Below, in pieces: positions 1 through 10,794 of a stretch of DNA of 64,000 nt. This DNA comes from Tricharina praecox (Eukaryota), in assembly GCF_024521635.1 (NCBI RefSeq), contig NW_026250430.1:124001-188000 (forward strand), read 5' to 3'. Position numbers and translations under genes: made by a program. The notes under the pieces were generated by a model, which saw only the letters and a program-made list of their open reading frames with translations, ran no database searches and had not been told where the DNA came from. How positions within the stretch are numbered: the first letter of the stretch is position 1; every line of letters begins with the position of its first letter.

Positions 1-624
1 TGTTTTCTCTAACCTTTTCCCAACCTCATTCTGCTCCCCCTTCCATGCCAATTAATCAAGCCCAACAGGAGCCTCTTCGCCGTTGACGAGATATATCATC
101 ATCTAGACGGGCCTAAAAGCCTGCGCGGAATAGCCACGAACGTCATCCAGAAAATTGGGTGCTACAATCGGTTCACATGCGTGGAGTTGGAGCGCCCACT
201 CATCCTCCGCAACGGGGCCGCAACAGTACAGCTTGAGTCCCCCCATCTGGTCATGGCGGACAAGATGAATACCCCTCCCTTCTTGGTGTCGTACACCTCC
301 CCCCCCCCCTCGCGCCCATTTTGATAGTCCTGTTGCATGGCGTACGGCTTCTCCGCCGTATGTAGAGTACATACAAAAGGTTCGCGCAGTACATACACTG
401 TAATACTGTGCATTTCCAGAATGTTTGGAAAATAGTGACCGTTAAAACCAGCCAGAAAACCCGGTAGCCACCCAAGTCTCATCATTTATGTACTGGGCGG
501 GCGTTGACGGTTGAGGATACACAGAAAGCGGGGAACTACAATCCACCACCACCACCGCCGCCATCTTTATTCACCCAGCAACAACCCTTGCCTACTTACC
601 CACAATCGGTATGCCTGGATATGA

Positions 625-926
625 ATGTCCCCAACGTGCAGCACTTGCACAGAGCACTGCCGCCGCCGCCAGCTAGAACGCATTCATGGGGAGCACGATC
701 GGTCCCGAGTCCCGACAGGAATGTACGCAGGAGGTTAGGCGCCAGCAGTGGGCTCACGACAAAGATTCTACCTACATACGGAAAGCAGAAAGTGGATAGC
801 AGCAGGAATGTTGAGACACTTCGTCAACGGACCGCTGAGGCGGAGGAGAGGAAAGTGAACTGTGAAGGGCGGCGCTATGGGGAGGTAATATGTTTCGATA
901 AAAGCGTTTATACCAAGAAGTCATAG
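625..926 (+). pseudogene. Frameshifted paralog (copy 1) of the CxxC/coiled-coil repeat gene family
   Basis: ATG at 625 reads MSPTCSTCTEHCRRRQLERIHGEHDRSR, matching the N-termini of the paralogs at 1806, 3106 and 5388. A 7-nt duplication (gtcccga-gtcccga, ~702-715) and further indels break the frame. The repeat motif RNVETLRQRTAEAEE reappears in another frame. Confidence 0.75.
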
Positions 927-1805
927 GATGTCTAATGGGTTTATTCAGTCATTCAGACAGACGGAAGTTTAATGGCAAAAGGCAGAAGCACCTCATTGCT
1001 GATGAATCGACTGACTGCATGAGGATCATGGAGCGTCACCCGTCGGTTTGCTCCGACGAGCAAAAAGTCTACCCTGTTATTCAAGATACACGCCCTCACA
1101 GGCCATTCTCCGCCGTGGACGAAGAGGCAGCCGAGCGAGTAGTACTAGTTAGTGGTGTAGTAGGGCAGAGTAATCCGGGAAAACCCTTTTTCAAGCGCTG
1201 CAGTGCGCAGAGAGTCCGAGCAGAAGTGTGCTCACTCTAGCAGGAGTTTGAAACTTGAACACGGGAACCGGCAAGACCAAGAGGTACATATCATACAAAC
1301 AGACGCGGAATCTTGAAAGGAGCTAATCGAATACTCTCGTCGGATAGCATACATAGACGTCCGATAGCTCCGGAGGACACCTCGGGCACCGGTGCTGACA
1401 CCGGTGCCCGGAGCGGTGACAGGGCCTGGGAGCGGGCAAATAAGGCCCCCGCCCCCACCTAAGGCGAGCGCTGGCCGGATGGAACATTCCACTCTGCGGG
1501 TACCTAGAGTAGGTTGACGATCGAGGATGAAGCCACGGGAGGTAGGTAGGACAATCGGTCAACCACCGCCCAGGAAACCGGCCAAAATAATTGGTGCATC
1601 ATTCCTGTGCGACGCTCACCGAATCCTACTGGCCGGCTTGCGGTGAGTTGAGGACGCGCAAAAAGCGGGGACCGCTCAATACACTACACCATCACCACCA
1701 CCACCGCCGCCATCACGATCGCAACCACTACCGAAAGTTCATCGCTACCACCGTATCCTCCATACCCGGAACGACCACCATCCCAATTCACCATCGGCAC
1801 GCATC

Positions 1806-2270
1806 ATGACTTCGCCGTGCGCCACCTGCACGGAGCGTAGCCGGCAGTTATCCAGCATTCGCGGGGACCTCGAGCAGTCCCGACGGCATCTCCAGGAGGA
1901 GGTATGGCGGCACAAGTTCACGACCGACTGCTACAGCAAGCAGAACGACGAGCTCAGCAGTAAGGTTGAGGCGCTGCATCGGCGGGTCGCTGAGGTGGAA
2001 GAGGAGAAAGCAAGGAGGATGACGGAGGAGCTGAGGAAGAATGTGGTTCTTTGTATGTGGGTTATGATGCTGCAGAAAAAGGTCGCTAAGGCGGAGGAGG
2101 AGAAGGCGACGAGGGCGGGGGTAGAGAGAAAGATGGAGGCAAAAAGAAGGATGGAGGAGGACACGAGGCTGAGGGACGCGAGGGAGGCTGAAATCAATGC
2201 TCTCAAATACGGTCTCTTCTTCACTATTTTCGTTTGTCTCATCACCTTTGCCTTTGACATGTTCCCGTAG
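1806..2270 (+). CDS. Small CxxC + coiled-coil protein with C-terminal transmembrane helix (copy 2), function unknown
   Basis: 154-aa ORF starting MTSPCATCTERSRQL, with RHKFTTDCY, an E/K/R-rich repeat (VEALHRRVAEVEEEKARR) and a hydrophobic tail (YGLFFTIFVCLITFAFDMFP). Start context is catcATG. Confidence 0.7.
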   Translation: MTSPCATCTERSRQLSSIRGDLEQSRRHLQEEVWRHKFTTDCYSKQNDELSSKVEALHRRVAEVEEEKARRMTEELRKNVVLCMWVMMLQKKVAKAEEEKATRAGVERKMEAKRRMEEDTRLRDAREAEINALKYGLFFTIFVCLITFAFDMFP

Positions 2271-3105
2271 GGAATGCAACACGCCGCGTTGAAAGGATCA
2301 TGCCGGCCACCACGACGGAAATAGGCGAGGTAACGAATTTGTTTTTGTTCAATCATTGATTGCTTGCGACCCATCTGGATCGTAGCAATTTGGCGTGGAA
2401 ACAAAAGGTGGAGGCCCCACACCGGATACAGCTGACCGAGTGAGCAATCATGATCTGCTTATGTTTTGGGGAGGGGGATTCATGCCCGACTTTCTGCTGT
2501 CGCCGTCCCTTCAGCATCAGCCACCGCTTGCAGTCTGGTAGATACGCTCCATCCAATCTTTCCTCAGCAATTAAACCCCCCCACAGCAGTACTCAAACAA
2601 TCTTGAAACATATCAAAATCTGATGCTCGTCACAGTGGTTATCTCCCACTTCCGTCTCCAAGATCTCCTCAGCACACTCGATTGGAATCGAGGTGGGGAG
2701 GGTTTGCTGGCCGCTCTACGATTTCCATCTGAGATTATTGAGAGTGCTCCTTCAGCCCTTCAAGACATCCCAGCTGTGGCGGGGTGCACGGCATCTACCG
2801 TTGCAAATTTGTTGGCACCACAGAGGAGCGGCATACATGTAATTATGATATATCCTCACTGTCCGATTCGCGCAAGCCTCTTCCATCCTGCTGGGTGAAA
2901 CCGGCCAGAATAATTGGTCGATTGACAGTGCGCGGCGGTCACCGAACCCTACTGGCTACTGGCTACTGGCTACACTGTGCACAGCTGAGGATACACAAAA
3001 AGCGGGGAGCAACAGTTCGCAGCATAGTCACCACCAGCACCACCACCACCACAACATTTGTATACATGGCAACCCCCTCGCAATCTACCATCGTCAACAA
3101 ACATC

Positions 3106-4281
3106 ATGTCGTCAACGTGCAATACGTGTACAAAGCTCCGCCGGCAGGTCGAAAGCATGCGTACGGAGCGCGACCAGTTCCGACAGAAGTGTGCGGAGGA
3201 GGCCAGGCGGCACGGGCTCACGACCAAGTTCTACGAAAAGCAGAAAGTAGAGCTCGCCAGGAATTGCGAGACGTTTTGTCAACAGGTTACCGAGGCAGAT
3301 GAGGCGGCGAAGGGGAGGAGGTTGGAAGAGAAAAGGAGGAATGCAGAGCTTGTGCTGGAGGTCGAGCGGCTGAGGCAGCGAGTCGCTGAGGCGGAGGAGG
3401 AGAAGGCGAGAAGGGAGCTAAAGCATGAGAAGAGATGTGCGGATCTTGCCAAGGAGATTGAGACGCTGAGAGAACAGGTCGCTAAGGCGAAGGAGGAGAA
3501 GGCGAGGAGGGATGAGGAGGCGAATATTGAGGCGCTCCGACAATGCGTCGCTAAGACGGAGAAGGAGAAAGCGAAGAGAATGTCGGAAGAGAAGCGGAAG
3601 GAGGAGGCTAGGAAACTCTGGGAAGAGAGAAATAGTATCGCTCTGTTAATCTCAGGTATGTCTTGGGAACAACAAGAAGTCGAGAGGCAGAAGAACAGCG
3701 CGGAGAGGAAGGAGGAGGAGGAGAGGAGAAAGGCCGATGATGCGAAGATTGCAGCGCTTCGACAGCAAATCACTGAGGTGGAAGAAGGGAAAGCAAGAAG
3801 GGAGCGAGAGCACAAGAACAGATTTGCGGATCCTACTAGGAAGGTTGAGATGCACCGTCAATCAGTCGCCGAAGCAAAGCGAGAAGGAAGGGCGGAGAGA
3901 AAGAATGTTGATCTCAGTATTGAGGCTGAGTCGCTTCGAGAATGAGTCGCCAAGGTGAATAATGAGAAAGCTAGGATGCAGGTGGCAGAAGAAGAGAGGA
4001 GAAACGCTGAGTAAGAGAGCATTGCTGTGGAGGGGAAGATGGCGGTGGAGGTACGCATGCACATAAAGGTGAGGAGAGTTGGTATGCGTAGGGAAGTAAA
4101 AAGCGATGGATACACTGGGCTGGAGGGATTTTGGAGACCAGTGCTGGGGAATGAACCGCAGGCCTTTAAAAGCTGGCTGGCTGCAACCGGTCACGAATCG
4201 TCACTCGATATTTTACCACGACGGCATGAAAAGAATGGCTTTTATACAGTATACTTGGGACAGTGTCGCGATTTAGAGTAG
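3106..4281 (+). pseudogene. Longest paralog (copy 3) of the CxxC/coiled-coil repeat family; intact to 3945, then interrupted by in-frame stops
   Basis: ATG at 3106 reads MSSTCNTCTKLRRQV...RHGLTTKFYE, followed by several ~31-aa repeats. TGA at 3943-3945 falls inside a repeat (ESLRE*VAK versus ETLRQQVAK). Repeat-like sequence continues in frame (EEERRNAE*) into the same-frame ORF 4027-4281. It could instead be a truncated but expressed gene. Confidence 0.6.
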
Positions 4282-5316
4282 GTCGCATGCAATTAAACGA
4301 TGCACCCAAAAAATCGAGAAGTTCCCCGCCCATCCCACCTTGCAGCTCAGGCTTCAGCCTTACCGCGCCTCCGCATTACATCGTACGCAACAACCATCGG
4401 TCACTCGGAATCACAGTCCACGAGGATCCGCTCGGACCTCAAAGAGGACCTGGTTGGCATGGTTGGCATGGTCGAAACCAAGACGGACCTACGTCCTCGC
4501 CGCCGTTAATACTCCCGTTGCTGACCGCACTCCAGAGTCCAGAGTCCAAAAAAGCACTGGATGTCAAAGCCAGCACTTATCAACCATTCTCGAGTTCGCC
4601 TCAATACCGGCTACCAAACCGAGGGAGCATGGATTCGAAGAGGCTGGGCTGAGCGTGAAGACGGAGGGCCGATCGTCTTGAGGCTTCCCCTACATATGTC
4701 ATAGAGGCGGATGGATATCACGTTCTACTCGTCTTTCGTGCTGGACTTTTGAATACCTAGGACCTTATACGGACTGTAGGGCCTAGGCGGAGACCCCCAA
4801 CGCCGCCGTTTCTTCTACTCTTGCTTCGACGGCCCGCGGTGTGAGGGTCCCCAAGACGTCCATGATCTGCATCGTAACTATTTGGAGGCCAGCCATCCTT
4901 CTGCTGGGGAGGAGGGACTAGTAACTGCAAATCTACAATCCTGTCCACGCTATCTAGTATCTCCTTCCATCCCGATCACTCGGTAGAATAGCCCTTCTAC
5001 ATACGAGATATCCGGTGCAAGCCACGAGGGTACCCGGCAGAGTATAACATATGGGCCAGGAAATCTACCAGCCAAATTCCAATTGGTGGATGTTACTGGC
5101 AACTGTGCAGCCGTGTAACCGCGGTTACCAGGTCTTATTGGCTACCTCGGACACGCAGGTCGCCTACCTACATAGGTAGGTATGTACAGTACATATACTC
5201 TACAGTATGTACACTCCACCATCAATGATGAGGGCCACATCATCACCACCCCCGCATCCACATCCACATCCTACTCTCCTCGGTGGATCCGTGGATCCGC
5301 AACAATCCTCTCACTA

Positions 5317-5322
5317 ACACAC

Positions 5323-5363
<41 letters not shown>
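5317..5363. repeat. (AC)n microsatellite just upstream of copy 4
   Basis: Near-perfect acacac run read directly from the sequence. Confidence 0.95.
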
Positions 5364-5364
<1 letters not shown>

Positions 5365-5387
5365 CACTTTTCGCTCCGCTCTCTATC

Positions 5388-6068
5388 ATGACATCGAGCT
5401 CATGCGACAGCTGTATAGAGCTCCGCCGGCAGCTCGCAAACAACCGCCAGGAACGCGAGCAGTCTCGGAAGAAGTGTGAGGTTGAGGCTGCGCGCCATGC
5501 AATGACGACAGGCTTCTACGAAATCCAGGTTGCGGGTCTGAAAGAGGACGTTAAGATGCAGGCCGCCGAGCTGGAGGAGGAGAAATCGAGGAGAGAGGAG
5601 GAGGAGAAAAGGAATGAGAATCTTAGCAAGTATATTGAGACACTTCGCCAACGAGCCGCTGAGGCGGAGGAGGAGAAGCCCAGGAGAGAGGAGGAGGAGA
5701 GGAGGAATGCGGATCTTAGCAGGGAGATTGAGACGCTTCGTCAGCAGGTCGCTAAGGCGGAGGAGGAGATATCGAGGAGAGAAGAGGAGGAGAGGAGGAA
5801 TGCGCATCTCAGTATGGAGATTGAGACACTTCGTCAGCAGGCCTCCAAGACGGAGGAGAAAAAACGAGGGAGGGAGAGGGTAGAAAGGGCCATGAGGAAG
5901 ATCAAGGAAGGGAAGAGAAAGATGAAGCCGATGGAGGAGAGGCAAAGCGGCGAGGAGAAGGAAACGCCTGACAGTGATGATTTGAATACATGCATTCTTT
6001 CAGTTGTTTTTTGTTGTTTGTTTGTTGTTGTTTGTCTTCTTTTTGTTTTGTCCATAATAGCTCCCTAA
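5388..6068 (+). CDS. CxxC + 3x31-aa coiled-coil repeat protein with C-terminal transmembrane helix (copy 4), function unknown
   Basis: Starts MTSSSCDSCIELRRQL, contains RHAMTTGFYE. Three 93-nt repeat units begin at 5574, 5667 and 5760 (EEEKxRREEEERRNAxLSxEIETLRQQxAxA). Tail is CILSVVFCCLFVVVCLLFVLSIIAP. Confidence 0.75.
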   Translation: MTSSSCDSCIELRRQLANNRQEREQSRKKCEVEAARHAMTTGFYEIQVAGLKEDVKMQAAELEEEKSRREEEEKRNENLSKYIETLRQRAAEAEEEKPRREEEERRNADLSREIETLRQQVAKAEEEISRREEEERRNAHLSMEIETLRQQASKTEEKKRGRERVERAMRKIKEGKRKMKPMEERQSGEEKETPDSDDLNTCILSVVFCCLFVVVCLLFVLSIIAP

Positions 6069-6349
6069 TCCCGTCTCGCAGTAGGTACCTGAGTACGCGT
6101 TGGAGCACCATTAGAATGTGGTATATGACCGGTAGCTGCAATGGTGATGGGGCCGGCCTCGAAGGGAGGTGATATGTTTGGACTAAAAGTCTGGCAGGAA
6201 GTACGGAGGTGGCTTTATACAATCGGATAGAACTGAAGAACCTGTTTTCGTCGCTCATGAGATTGACCGGTTGCTTGCGATCATGGATTTTCGCTCGCTT
6301 CATTGATCGGATGAAACGGGGCAATTATGCTGCCATCTCTTTCCGCTCC

Positions 6350-7060
6350 CAGCGAGAGCGTCAAAGAAGCTAGCCGCCCGCTTCTACCAGCTGAAGACAG
6401 GTCACGCAATCACGGCGGAGTACCTGAAGTGGATTAAGAAGCGGGATGATGACCATTGCTGGTGGTGCAACAGGCCTACCAAGCAGTCCCGCGAGCACCT
6501 ATTCAAAAACTGCTCACGGTGGAGAAGTCAACAGAAAGCCTTGTGGGCAAAGGTCGGGAAGGAGACGGAGAGAAGGAAAGAGAGGTGGTTGATAGCGGAG
6601 TTGTTCGCCGACGAGCGGCGCAGCGAGGCAATCCTAGAGCTTCTAGAAACGACAGATGTGGAAAGGAAAGCTCCACCAAACCTAGAGGAGGAGGATGAGG
6701 AGGAGGCAAGCATCGCATCAGGGGCAGAGCAAGAGTGCCCAGCAGAGTACTATGTCTACGGCCGGTGCGAAGGAGTAGGAGATGAGGATATGCGGTGATG
6801 TTCTCTTGGAGCGGAAAGGCGGAAGACGGGGGAGAGAGGTGAGGGGGCAGCAGGAGGAGCGGGCATGTAGGCCCATACCGGTCTTCACTGTCAATATACT
6901 TTTTGCTTGTGCCGGCCCGAGGCGGATGGGTAGGGGAGGTGGGGCGCCGCATTGGACTGGCCGGGACCGGGGCTTTCACCTCGACTGGCCAGGGCGGGCA
7001 GGAAAAGGAGTTTGTTGATTCGCCATAGTCTAGATAGGCTACATGCGAAATAAAAAGGAA
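6350..7060 (+). mobile_element. 5'-truncated non-LTR retrotransposon (Tad/LINE-like) remnant: ORF2 C-terminus with CCHC finger and 3' end
   Basis: The frame from 6361 translates as SKKLAARFYQLKTGHAITAEYLKWIKKRDDDHCWWCNRPTKQSREHLFKNCSRWRSQQKALW...IAELFADERRSEAILELLETTDV. This resembles the post-RNase H region of fungal Tad-clade ORF2 (QLRTGH...C-x2-C-x8-H-x4-C type). There is no RT upstream. An A-rich stretch (aaataaaaagg) lies at ~7050. Boundaries are approximate. Confidence 0.8.
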
Positions 7061-7112
7061 GATTTCTCTCTCTACCATTTCTTTGTGCGCAACCATCCCC
7101 CGAGCACTGGAA

Positions 7113-7196
7113 GCGGCCATCGACAGGCGGCCATCGACAGGCGGCCATCGACAGGCGGCCATCGACAGGCGGCCATCGACAGGCGGCCATCGACAG
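7113..7196. repeat. Perfect 14-bp minisatellite (GCGGCCATCGACAG)x6
   Basis: Six exact tandem copies counted in the sequence. Confidence 0.97.
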
Positions 7197-7822
7197 GCAC
7201 TAGAAGCACTGCCCACTGCCCACTACCCCACTACCCACGATATCCCGGTCCCAGACCGAAGTCCACCATCCAATTCCCACGAATTTACGCAAGAACACCA
7301 CCGCCCTCCGCCGCATCACGGAGGCCAAGTAAAACACGCTTTCACTCCTCGAGACTTAATTGCAAGCACTTACTGAACATAATAATATGCATCAGAGCTA
7401 CTTTTACAACAGAAGCCCCGTTAAGCCGAGTGCCAGTAGAGTACATCAGTGTACTAACATACAAGTAAAGTATCCCTCTCGCACAGGTATCCCATGATAT
7501 CGAATCAATAAAAACGAGCAAACGAACGAGCGAGGACGTAAGAAAAGAAAAGGAAAAGAAAAAATCACATGATTGAACCACCCATCCAGAAGAAAAAATA
7601 AAAGAATAAAAAGACGGTGAACAAAAAAAGAAAAAAAAAGACCTACTAATCATCGCACACACAAATCGCAAGCAAGCAGCTTTACTCCAAAGAAACCCCC
7701 ATTAGGAACCCATTGCAAGCAAAAACATTTACACGGGTACATAAAAAAAGTAAGTATGTAGACCTGCAATCCGCATCCCGCATCCCGCATCCCGCAACCC
7801 GGATCCCGCATCGTCATCCACT

Positions 7823-10794
7823 TCATCCACCGTTCTGTGTACCGCCACCATCCTGTCCTCCACGGATATTGGGATCGGATCCCCCAGCGTATGTGAAGCT
7901 ATTCATAGTCATGGACCAAGACTGGTTGCTGGCTTCGGGACTGGTATGGGGGTACTGCGCAGACTGTGGGGGACCACTGGAGGGCCCACCGGGGGTGCCG
8001 AGGAGCGCCAATCCGGCCGGCGGAGCGGGTCCGGCACTGCTGTATCCGGCGTTCTGGCCGCAGTCCTGGCTGAGACCGATCAGCGCCGTCGATGCATATG
8101 TTTCGCTGGGATCCATGTTCTCGATCGTGCCGATGTTGCCGACGCCTTGCACGTACTGCCGCCATGATTCGTTGCCGTGGAAGCTCCAGGGGACAAAGTT
8201 GGCGGTGTCGTAGACGTGATCACCGGAGGGGACCAGTGGGTCACCGTAGACGGGGATGGTACTGCTCGTACGAGACTCGGCGTGGAGTACGGCGTAGTCG
8301 GCTTGGTTCGGCGAATAGCTCGCGCCGGAGTCATTTGAATTTGGAGGAAGCTTGATAGGAATTGCCGGTGTCGTCACGGGTGGGTAAGGATTGGTGGACA
8401 CATATGATGGCATTCCGCTAGCGGACGATGCGCGCTTGCCCTTCTCGGTGTTTTGGTTGAGAAGTTCCATCGTGCGGTAGGTCAGGATCTGGACAACCTC
8501 TCTGAGGCGCTGTGGGGATCCTAGGAGGCTGCCGAGATCACCCATGACATCCATACACAGGTCCATGTCACTTCTGACCTGCGCCACTTCCTCCGGTGTG
8601 ATGCTGTCCCGTTTATCCCAAACAGAGAATAGAATCGTGAGGGTGGCGAGCAATTGCACTGTCGCACCATACCACGTAGTGTCCAAGTAGTGGTTTCCTT
8701 TGCGAAGGTTGTCCGTCAGGCGCAGGATCTCCCTCGAGGATTCCACACAAACCCGGATACAGTCACCGCTGAACGTCGGAGACGGAGACAAGTCCAGTGA
8801 AGGATGGCGTAGCAATATGCGATCTCTGTTTGAATCATGATCAGGGACACGCTCTCACGATGGAATACGGACGGCAAGACTTACTCATGGTACCACGAAT
8901 GAAGGTGTGCAGCCTGAAACTGCCTTTCAGGTCTCGGTGAGTCCAGTGCTATACAACTCGTCAGAAAGCGTTCACCGAGGAATATTGAATGACAACTCAC
9001 ATAAACTCTTCGGACGGCCATCCCGCCACTTCTTCAGTTTCGCCTCGATATCCTCTACCAGGGCAACATATTTATCTCTCGAAGGTCTTGCAACGCTGTA
9101 GAGCGTACAATGTATCTGGATCGTCAACGTCGCATGCTTAAACATTTCGATCGCAACGTCAAACTCGCAATCCTCATGCCCGTCTTCCCGCTTGAGTATC
9201 TCGTTCTCCAGGATATACTCGTCGTCGATCCTCTCGGGATATTCAACGTCAAAGTCTCCCTCACGGATGCTCATCGGACGGCCTAGTCTCGACGCCAGAG
9301 AAACCTCAAGTGTGAGGATACACCAGAAGACACGCTTACGGAGTTCGATCTCGATCAGGTTGGGACTCGCGCGGTCGTACGACCATTTCTTCGCAGAGCG
9401 GTGAAGGCCAAGCTCCAAGCACATCGACACCGCCATACGGGCCAAGAGCCACGAACCACCGGGTTTAGGGAAAGCCCGCAGATGCTGGAGAATCAAACCT
9501 ATGGCCTGAAGGTCCTCCAGGGAGGAACCGGACATCAATTCGTACAGCAATGAGATCGCATAATGATAATGACGTCGAGAACACTCCATCACGCCACTGG
9601 AAGACTGAGAAATCTGCCCCCGATTCTTGAGCCGGTCGCTCGCTGCGTTTTGAAAGTGAACGATAGCGAGAACCATGTGCAACATCGCAGTCTGCGCGGC
9701 TGTCGGTTCGAAGGACTTGTCGCTATAGACGCGCTCAGCCTAGATGGAATGACTGTCAGAACTCCGAAACATCAAAAGCACTAAACATTTCAAGCTTACC
9801 ATTCGCATGAACGTGGGCCTATGCAGGATGGGAAGATAGGGGTGAGAGATCATGAAGAAATAGTTGATGTACTGCATTCCTTCGTCTTTATGGGGTAACT
9901 CGGGCTTCGGCACGTTCGGATTGATGTTGAAGACTGTCGACAGACAGCTTCCGTATGTTTCGTCCAGTCTCATCGAAGTATTCCGGTTGGCTGGCTCACT
10001 CGGATCCAGAGCCGACAGATCGATGTTCACTCCCAGCACCGACAACGCGGTTTCCTTCATCGAGCTGAGATACGAGTTGCCCGCCGATATCCCAACGTAG
10101 TGTGTACTCGGTTTCCCTGGACGGAAATTTGTTGCCCTCGGACCGGGAGCTGCTCGTTCGGTGACTCCAATGATACCGCCGTTCATGGGTTGATACTCGG
10201 TGGGCCGGTCAGAAAACGAAGTTGGCACTCGAGGGGCGGGCTTATTTCCGTTGACCGCCCAGTCCTGACCGTCGAAGGGTGCGTATCCGTTGCCGGGAGC
10301 GCGAGCACTAGCCTGTGCTGCGATGAGGGCGGTTTCGAGTTCCTTGTTGCGGTTCTCTAGCTCGATGCATTTGGATTCAAGGTTCTCCAGATAGCCTCGC
10401 TACAACAGATTGATCAGCAAATACGCCACAACACCAACGAGAATGCAGGTCGAGCAGTGTGCTAACCGGTATGGCTTTCTGAGATATCCTATCGGTAGTT
10501 TTGCACTCTGTGCGGTTCTGGATACAGGGAGAGCAGCCACCGGGCAGACCGTCGCATCTTATCTTACGGACCTAAACCGCAGTTAGAACAACACTCCAAC
10601 AATCCAACAGCACCAACTGTGGGTTTTTTTCTTTTCTCACAGATCCATACCTTGCACCGATCGCATGCCTGTCCCGTTCTTGTTGAAGTCGACAAGCGTT
10701 TCCTGACCGCACGCGTAAACTCATCACCGCCGATGAATCCGGAGCCATCGCCGTTCAGGCCATCGGAGGCACTCGCACTGCGCTTTGGCGGCAT
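7823..10794 (-). CDS. Zn(II)2Cys6 fungal transcription factor with fungal-specific TF middle domain (Cat8/FacB-like superfamily), multi-exon
   Basis: The spliced N-terminus reads MPPKRS...RTGQACDRCK|VRKIRCDGLPGGCSPCIQNRTECKTTDRISQKAIP|RGYLENLE, with introns ~10650-10572 and ~10468-10400. The middle domain includes HPYLPILHRPTF, ELGLHR and ELRKRVFWCILTLEVSLASRLGRP. The last exon is ORF 8815-7823. Confidence 0.9.

Noticed and set aside
935..1240. ORF containing SNPGKPFFKRC, reminiscent of a GRF zinc finger (NPGRxFYxC)
   Set aside because: The other metal ligands are not in the expected spacing. It may be a degenerate remnant but cannot be supported.
7113..7196. Possible CRISPR-like array
   Set aside because: The units are directly adjacent with no spacers, the context is eukaryotic, and there are no cas genes.
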